Source: Polyangiaceae bacterium
Lineage (GTDB): Bacteria > Myxococcota_A > Polyangia > Polyangiales > Polyangiaceae
Reading direction: 5' to 3'
Assembly: GCA_965222375.1 (NCBI GenBank)
Contig: CBDCTZ010000016.1
Span: 2,496,001 to 2,560,000 of the forward strand
DNA length: 64,000 bases
The translations under genes and the position numbers were made by a program. Below are positions 58,050-64,000 of this stretch, one piece after another (position 1 is the stretch's first letter; each line of letters starts with the position of its first letter). The notes beneath the pieces were generated by a model, which ran no database searches, was not told the origin of the DNA, and saw only the letters and a list, made by a program, of their open reading frames with translations.

Positions 58050-58553
58050 GCCGTCTTTGCCGGCAACGAAGGGCACGGGGCGCCACTCTAATTTCGCGTC
58101 TTCGCGCTTGAGGCGGATGGGCGGGAGCTTCTTGCGTCGTGGCGCGGCTTCTTGGGTCGACATGGCGGCGGCTTCGACCATCACGGCGACGCCACCGGTC
58201 TGGCCCACGGCATCCATCGTCGTGAGGATGGCGCGGAGGACGACGGTGAAGGTGCTGCAATTCGGGTCGTCGTCGGCGCAGCCTGTGTCCGCGAGCGCCA
58301 TCCAGGGGCCCACCACGGGGATACGCAGGTCATTGGCTCCCGGAGCGTCGGGCCAGAGGTACGAAAAACCCACGGCAGCGCCGTACCAGGCTGCGGTGGC
58401 GCCAGCGCCCGCGATCAGCAGATTCCAGCGCGCGTGAGGTGGTGGATAGTCGCCGGGGTCGAAGCGCTCCGGGCGCACCGGCTCGTCTGCCATCCCATGA
58501 GGGGCGACGAGCTGCACACCGAGCAGGAAAGCCAGGGCCGAAGCGAAACGCAT
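58020..58553 (-). CDS. Hypothetical exported membrane protein
   Basis: Signal peptide, LRIPVVGPW motif, C-terminal GLGIVGQF. Confidence 0.7.
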   Translation of the reverse strand: MRFASALAFLLGVQLVAPHGMADEPVRPERFDPGDYPPPHARWNLLIAGAGATAAWYGAAVGFSYLWPDAPGANDLRIPVVGPWMALADTGCADDDPNCSTFTVVLRAILTTMDAVGQTGGVAVMVEAAAMSTQEAAPRRKKLPPIRLKREDAKLEWRPVPFVAGKDGLGLGIVGQF

Positions 58554-58651
58554 CTGAGCCGCCTTGTGGCTCACAATCCCCTTGGAATCAAGGACTTGCG
58601 AGCTTCCGGGCAAAGCGGCGCAAATCCACCAGAAAAGCGCTCCGAGGTGGC

Positions 58652-60178
58652 TCAGGGCAGGGAGGCGAGGGTCAGCCAACGACCTTCGGCACTGAGGGAA
58701 AAGCCTCGCGCCCGGTCCGAGGTGACGGCCACTTGGTCCTCGTGCCACAGCGGGATCACCGGTAGCTCCTTTTGCATCAAGCGCGCGAGCTTGCCGTAGA
58801 ACAGACGGCGAACGCCGATGTCGCGGTCGCCCCCGGCTTTGTCCAACAGCTCGCCGGCATCTGGGTGTCGCCAGCGCGCGCGGTTCTTTCCGATGCCGCC
58901 TTCGCCGGGTACGCCTTTGGGGTGGAAGAACCAGCTGAGCAGATGCGGCTCCGTGAGCTCCGGCATTTGCAGAGTCGCCATGTCGAAGTCACCGGCATCC
59001 AGACGCGCTAGGAGTACGCCGAAATCCAGACTGACCACTTGTACTTGCACCCCGGCGTCGCCGAGCATCTGCGCGATTGCGCGCGCGAGGGTGATGCGGG
59101 CGCGATCCGTACTGGTTAGCAGGGTCAGTGGACGCAGCCCGGACAGAACGGCGTGAGCGGCTTTGGGGTCGTAGGGTAGAGGCTGTGCTGGCGTGTACGC
59201 CCAGTGGCCCTTCGGGAAAATCCAGCGGGCCGTTTGCGCCCGCCCGGCCATGAGGGTGCGTACGATGGTTTCGCGGTCGATGGCTTGGGCCAGGGCGTGG
59301 CGCACTTCTCGGCGCTTGAAGGGCGGTCGGTCATTTTGCATCAACAAATAGGTGACGTTTGCGCCGGCCCGGGCGTTCAACGACAGGTGTTTGCGTTGCT
59401 CCAGAGCTGGTAAAAGCGCTGGGGAAATCGCGTTCGGGGCGATGTCCGCACGCCCCGCGAGCAGGCGCAAGGCTCTAGCGTTTTCGTCCCGCACGGTGCG
59501 AATCACCGCGCCGCGATTGGGTTTGAAAGAAGCGCTGAACTCCGCGGGTTCGAGAATGGCCTCCGTGGGGCTGGAACGCTCCAGCCGATAGGGGCCCAAT
59601 CCGTCCAGATCGCCGAGAGGCCGAGGAGGCAGTCGCACCTGGTCTCGACGCAAGATGGGTACTTCCAGATCCGTGAGCAGCGTTGCTCGGGGCTCGGCGA
59701 GCTTGATGGTCAGCTTGGTCGGCGAGCGAGGCGTGCAGCTTCCGATGGCGCGCACCACAGCGCGATGGGGGCTTCCAAGCTCGGGGTCCTTGAGGGCTTC
59801 GATGGTCGCACAAACGTCTTCGGGGCCGAGGGGTGCGCCACTGTGGAAGCGAGCGTTGGGGCGTAGCTGTACGTCGAGGGTGCGTTCATCTACGTACTTC
59901 CAAGAACTCGCCACCAAGGGGATCGGGGCCAGCGTGTTCTCGTCCAAACCGACCAAACCCGCGTGCACCAGGCGCGTGACCTTGATGTCGAAGCCGCGGG
60001 TCGAAAAGCGCGGGTCCAGGGTCGAGAGCTCCTGGGGAATGACGAGCTCGTAGGGACGGTCCGCGGAATCCTTGTTTGAAGTGCAGCCGGCGCACAGCGC
60101 CGTGAGCGCGATGAGGCTCGCTGCGGCTGCCAGCATTCCGTTCTTGGTCGGGCGCAATGACTTCAACTCGCCTTTCAT
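58652..60178 (-). CDS. ABC transporter substrate-binding lipoprotein, family 5 (peptide/nickel)
   Basis: TLDPRF, FHSGAPL...DV, GLGPYRL, VRHALAQAIDR, ELPVIPLW; lipobox CAGC; start may be 60136. Confidence 0.9.
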   Translation of the reverse strand: MKGELKSLRPTKNGMLAAAASLIALTALCAGCTSNKDSADRPYELVIPQELSTLDPRFSTRGFDIKVTRLVHAGLVGLDENTLAPIPLVASSWKYVDERTLDVQLRPNARFHSGAPLGPEDVCATIEALKDPELGSPHRAVVRAIGSCTPRSPTKLTIKLAEPRATLLTDLEVPILRRDQVRLPPRPLGDLDGLGPYRLERSSPTEAILEPAEFSASFKPNRGAVIRTVRDENARALRLLAGRADIAPNAISPALLPALEQRKHLSLNARAGANVTYLLMQNDRPPFKRREVRHALAQAIDRETIVRTLMAGRAQTARWIFPKGHWAYTPAQPLPYDPKAAHAVLSGLRPLTLLTSTDRARITLARAIAQMLGDAGVQVQVVSLDFGVLLARLDAGDFDMATLQMPELTEPHLLSWFFHPKGVPGEGGIGKNRARWRHPDAGELLDKAGGDRDIGVRRLFYGKLARLMQKELPVIPLWHEDQVAVTSDRARGFSLSAEGRWLTLASLP

Positions 60179-60235
60179 AGCAGAGCCGGGCCTTTGGGGT
60201 GGAATACCCGGAGCAAGGGAGCTACCCCTAGTTCC

Positions 60236-61696
60236 ATGCGCCGGCTCATCACTGGCTTGGGGGCGGCGGCTGCCCTCAACGCTCTGCTCGGTCATCCCGC
60301 GATGGCGCAGCAGCCGAGTGCTCCGCCAAGCGCGTCGCAATCCGAAACGGCACGTGCGGCGCTACAGAAAGAGCTGCAAACCCTGTCGAGCTGGGTGAAG
60401 AAGAAGCGCGGGCGGTTGAGCGCCAGCTTCGTGGACGTAGATAGTGGGAAAGTCCTGGCGGAGCAAAACCCGCAGCTATCCCTCAACCCAGCGTCGAACG
60501 TGAAGTTACTGACCGCCGCGGCAGCGCTGGACTCCCTGGGGCCCGGGCGCCGCTTCCGCACCATCGTGTACGGAGACATCCGCCGCGGCACCGCGCGGCG
60601 GCTGGTACTGAAAAGCGACGGTGATCCGGACCTGCGCGCCGAGCACCTGGATGGCTTGGCCCACCAATTGGTCCAACAAGGGCTCAAGCGAGTGGCCGGC
60701 GATGTGGTGGTCGACGCATCGGCCTTCGACGCCAAGATCCTGCCCCCGGGCTTCGCCGCCCAGCCCAAAGAACGTGCGGCTTTCCGCGCGCCCGTGTGGG
60801 CGGTGTCGGTCGATCGCAACGCGGTGACCGTCTTCGTGGCGCCCGCTGCGGAAGGTGAGCCCGCGCAGGTGTGGGCCACGCCCGTCGGAGCGGTCACCGT
60901 CGTCGGCGCCGTGTCCACCGGGCCGAGGGGAAGCGGGCAAAAGGTCCGCCTGAACCTGCAGCAGCAAAATGGCCGAGTTACAGCGGTTGTTGGGGGCAGC
61001 ATCGCTGCGGGCCTCTCGAGGCAGCGCTTTCGGCGTCGGATTGCTGACCCGACCCCGTGGGCAGGCGTCGTGTTTGCCCAGAGCTTGCGGCGTGCCGGCA
61101 TTTCAGTCCCCGGCAGCGTGCGAGCCGGCAAGGCCGCGGGCCGGGTGTTGGTGCAGCGGGAGTCTCAGCCCGTGCGGGTGCTCTTGCACGCATTGGGCAA
61201 GAAGAGCGACAACTTCGTGGCCGAGATGCTGCTGAAGAGTCTGGGGGCGCAGGCCACAGGGCGCCCAGGCAGCAGCGCCGCTGGGGCTGCCGCGGCCGAG
61301 CAGTTCGCCACGAAGCTCGGGCTGCCAAAGTCGCAAGTGAAGATAAACAACGGGTCGGGGCTCTTCGATGGAGGCCGCGCCAGTGCGCGGGCGCTCACCA
61401 CGTTGCTCGCCCGGGTGCACCGCGATCCGCGGCTTGGGCCGGAGTTCATGGCTCAGCTGTCGATCGGTGGGGTCGACGGCACGTTGCGGTCACGTTTTCG
61501 CGACCAAGCCAAGTCTCGACGTATTCGCGCCAAGACGGGCACCCTGGCCCGAGTGATCGCGCTGTCCGGCTACGTGTTGAACGACAAGGGGCGAGGGCCC
61601 ATTGCGTTCTCGCTGCTGGCCGAGGGGACCCGGGCGAGCCACGCCCAGATCCGCGCGGGCATGGATCGCGTCGTGCAGCGTGCACTGGCGCCCTGA
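60236..61696 (+). CDS. dacB: D-Ala-D-Ala carboxypeptidase/endopeptidase (PBP4, peptidase S13)
   Basis: PASNVK (SxxK), KSDNFVAE (SxN), NGSGL, AKTGTL. Confidence 0.93.
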   Translation: MRRLITGLGAAAALNALLGHPAMAQQPSAPPSASQSETARAALQKELQTLSSWVKKKRGRLSASFVDVDSGKVLAEQNPQLSLNPASNVKLLTAAAALDSLGPGRRFRTIVYGDIRRGTARRLVLKSDGDPDLRAEHLDGLAHQLVQQGLKRVAGDVVVDASAFDAKILPPGFAAQPKERAAFRAPVWAVSVDRNAVTVFVAPAAEGEPAQVWATPVGAVTVVGAVSTGPRGSGQKVRLNLQQQNGRVTAVVGGSIAAGLSRQRFRRRIADPTPWAGVVFAQSLRRAGISVPGSVRAGKAAGRVLVQRESQPVRVLLHALGKKSDNFVAEMLLKSLGAQATGRPGSSAAGAAAAEQFATKLGLPKSQVKINNGSGLFDGGRASARALTTLLARVHRDPRLGPEFMAQLSIGGVDGTLRSRFRDQAKSRRIRAKTGTLARVIALSGYVLNDKGRGPIAFSLLAEGTRASHAQIRAGMDRVVQRALAP

Positions 61697-61804
61697 CGCA
61701 AGGCGCCGGCTCGGCCGGTGGCGCCTTACGTAATGCCAGGGCGCAGCGCTGAGCCGGTGAGCCACAAAGTCGCTACAAACCCAACCAGAACCCGCCCACA
61801 AACG

Positions 61805-61844
61805 GCAAAAACGCCCGCGCCTGGGGGTGGCGCGAGCGTTTTGC
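61805..61844. terminator. Probable bidirectional terminator between dacB and the oxidase operon
   Basis: gcaaaaacgcccgcgcc-tgggggt-ggcgcgagcgttttgc. Confidence 0.65.
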
Positions 61845-61860
61845 TCCAAGCGGTGCCGGC

Positions 61861-62460
61861 TTACTCTGCGGCCTCGAGGGCCTTCATGTCGGCTTCTTTG
61901 GCTTCGATCTCGTGATGGTATTCCCTGTGGTCGGCAATGGCCAACCCGAGGAACAGGATCAAGAACAACACGGACGTCAGAAACGCCATCAGGTGGAACT
62001 TTTTGTCCCAGATCAAGTGCATGAAGAACGCGCCGACCAAACCGGCCTTGATGGTTGCGATGACCATGGCGACGACCAGGTTCCACTGAGAGCCGAGATC
62101 CACCGACGTGACCGCCACGGTCGCGATGGTGAGTACCAGCAGGACCGCGAGCACGCCCACCAGAAGCTTCACAGACATCACGTGCGCAAAGCCATGGTGC
62201 TCGTCGTCGCCATGGCCTGACTCGGCCTGCGCGGAGCTGGCGCTCGGCTTGGCCGCTGCGGGCGCCACCTGAGGGGGCTTTGCCGTCTCGATGTCTTCCT
62301 GGTCGTCCTCGTCCTCGTCCTCACCCGCCGGGGGCGGATTGGATTCGGCCAGTTCCCGCTCGGCCTCGGCACGCTTGGCGTCGATGGTCTCTACGGAAGT
62401 CTTGACCTCTTCTTCTTCTTCCTCGGGGGGAATCGAGCCGTTATTTTCGTCGTCTGCCAT
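61861..62460 (-). CDS. ctaF: Cytochrome c oxidase subunit IV with acidic N-terminal extension
   Basis: LLVLTIATVAV...IATIKAGLVGAFFMHL. Confidence 0.9.
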   Translation of the reverse strand: MADDENNGSIPPEEEEEEVKTSVETIDAKRAEAERELAESNPPPAGEDEDEDDQEDIETAKPPQVAPAAAKPSASSAQAESGHGDDEHHGFAHVMSVKLLVGVLAVLLVLTIATVAVTSVDLGSQWNLVVAMVIATIKAGLVGAFFMHLIWDKKFHLMAFLTSVLFLILFLGLAIADHREYHHEIEAKEADMKALEAAE

Positions 62461-62481
62461 CGGTCTTCTCTTAATGAGACC

Positions 62482-63420
62482 TCAGTGAATGAGGTACAGC
62501 AACGGGAACAGGTAGATCCAGATCAGGTCGACCAAGTGCCAATACAGAGCGGCAAAGTCGATTGGTCCGAAGTAGTTTTCGTTGAACACGCCCTTGGTGG
62601 CCCGTATCAAGAGCCATACCCAGACCCCTATGCCGATCAGCACGTGTAATCCGTGCAACCCGGTCATGAAGAAGTAGATGCCGAAGAACGTGGCGGTGCG
62701 GTTGGGCGGCGCCATGTTCACGTCGCCGCTTGCGGGATCGAGTAAGCCAGCGTGAATCAGTGGCGTCTTCGCCTTTTTGGGTAAGGTCCGCGCGAACGCC
62801 CGCTGGGCCGCCTTGGGGTCGTTGTCGTCAGTTTTGGGCGCGAGGCCCAGGCCGACCAGGGTCTCGGCGGCCTGGGTGGCCTCCGGGTACTTGGTCTTGA
62901 AGGGTTCGGTTTCCCAAGCCATCTGAGTTGGTGCGAAGCGCTTGCCTGGAAGCAGGCCATCGTGGAACTTGTGACTGTATTCCACGTACTTGATGCCCAT
63001 GAAGGTGCTGGCGCACAAGATCGTAACCACGATATTCAGCACCAGGCCCTGCTTGTTGCGCATCTGAGCACAACGCACCGCCCAGGCAGCAGACAGGCTG
63101 CTGACGAGCAGCACCACGGTGTTGATCGCGCCCCACTTGGTATCCAAGAAGAAGTGGGCGTAATAGAAGACTTCTGGGTGTTGTGCACGGTACAGCGCGT
63201 AGGCGCAGAACAGGCCTGCGAAGAACAGCACCTCGGTGACGAGGAACAACCAAATACCGAGCTTGCCCGTTTCGAACTGCTGCTGGGGAGTGTCGAAGTG
63301 GTGCGCTAGAAACGGGTATTTGCTGTGAGCCTCGTGCCCGTCGTCTTCGTGAGCCCCGGCGCCTAGGGGGGGCGCGTGGGACCCCGCCGTGGACGTATCG
63401 TGCTGTGTTGCTTCCGCCAT
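62482..63420 (-). CDS. ctaE: Cytochrome c oxidase subunit III
   Basis: GIWLFLVTEVLFFAGLF, NTVVLLVSS, MTGLHGLHV, LYWHLVDLIWIYLFPLLY. Confidence 0.95.
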   Translation of the reverse strand: MAEATQHDTSTAGSHAPPLGAGAHEDDGHEAHSKYPFLAHHFDTPQQQFETGKLGIWLFLVTEVLFFAGLFCAYALYRAQHPEVFYYAHFFLDTKWGAINTVVLLVSSLSAAWAVRCAQMRNKQGLVLNIVVTILCASTFMGIKYVEYSHKFHDGLLPGKRFAPTQMAWETEPFKTKYPEATQAAETLVGLGLAPKTDDNDPKAAQRAFARTLPKKAKTPLIHAGLLDPASGDVNMAPPNRTATFFGIYFFMTGLHGLHVLIGIGVWVWLLIRATKGVFNENYFGPIDFAALYWHLVDLIWIYLFPLLYLIH

Positions 63421-63439
63421 GGGGATTGCTTCCTCAGCG

Positions 63440-64000
63440 TCAGGACGCTGAGGCCTCCTTGTTCACGTAGCCTCGGATCGTCTCGTCGTAGACAAGGTCC
63501 TCGTAGTCGTAGGGCCCCTTCTTGACGATCGGGGCGTGATGGAAGTTGTAGTAGGGTGGCGGCGAGCTCACTGACCACTCCAGGGTTGCGGAACCCCACG
63601 GGTTCTGGGGCGCGTCGGGCTTCTTACGCAGCGAGTTGATCAGAGACAACGCTGTGACGATGAAGCCCAAACCGAGGATGGCCGCCCCGGCCGTGGAGAG
63701 CTGGTGCAGCTCCTGGAACTCGGGCAGATAGTTGTAATACCGGCGTGGCATACCCCGGGTGCCCAGGATGAACTGCGGGAAGAAGGTGACGTTGAGGCCG
63801 ACGAATACGAACCCGGCACCGATTCGGCCTGTGCGCTCGTTGTACATGCGCGCCGTTATCTTCGGCCACCAGTAGTGCAGCCCACCGAAGAACGCAGTGA
63901 TCGCGCCGCCCATCATCACGTAGTGGAAGTGCGCAACCACGAAGTAGGTGTCGTGTAGATGCACGTCCGTGCTCATCGTCGCAAGGAACAGCCCGGTAAC
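63440..64000 (-). CDS. ctaD: Cytochrome c oxidase subunit I, C-terminal part (runs off the window)
   Basis: HDTYFVVAHFHYV, GMPRRY, NPWGSATLEW. Confidence 0.96.
   Translation of the reverse strand, partial: VTGLFLATMSTDVHLHDTYFVVAHFHYVMMGGAITAFFGGLHYWWPKITARMYNERTGRIGAGFVFVGLNVTFFPQFILGTRGMPRRYYNYLPEFQELHQLSTAGAAILGLGFIVTALSLINSLRKKPDAPQNPWGSATLEWSVSSPPPYYNFHHAPIVKKGPYDYEDLVYDETIRGYVNKEASAS

Overview
High-GC bacterial chromosomal window. Gene content points to Myxococcota, probably Polyangiales/Sorangiineae-like (inference from a TIGR02266 PilZ-like protein, several Hanks kinases, an FHA-sigma54 activator and Cys-rich lipoproteins). The backbone carries two tandem triple-DsbA paralogues, a MATE pump, a TatT-type (TPAT) TRAP transporter, pyrG, dinB with a LexA-like box, dacB and the 3' part of a cytochrome c oxidase operon. 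Three accessory regions stand out. (1) 13.9-15.1 kb: a four-helix-bundle gene surrounded by microsatellites and a perfect 19-bp hairpin. (2) 23.1-25.9 kb: an HNH endonuclease gene enclosed by two ~295-bp diverged inverted repeats that keep nested stems and show a compensatory base change. (3) ~34.4-55.7 kb: an island, visibly AT-richer in much of its length, with IS21 and IS256 remnants at its left end. It encodes a kinase, an FHA-sigma54 activator, TPR and LamG-like proteins, three beta-helix proteins, a PL26/YetA-like protein and a cohesin-lipoprotein plus dockerin-peptidase pair. Four of these transcription units have GG-N10-GC sigma54 promoters preceded by a shared TGAC-N7-GTCA palindrome, suggesting a self-contained mobile sigma54 regulon. 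No rRNA, tRNA or true CRISPR array was seen. All product calls come from motif recognition by eye, not database searches.
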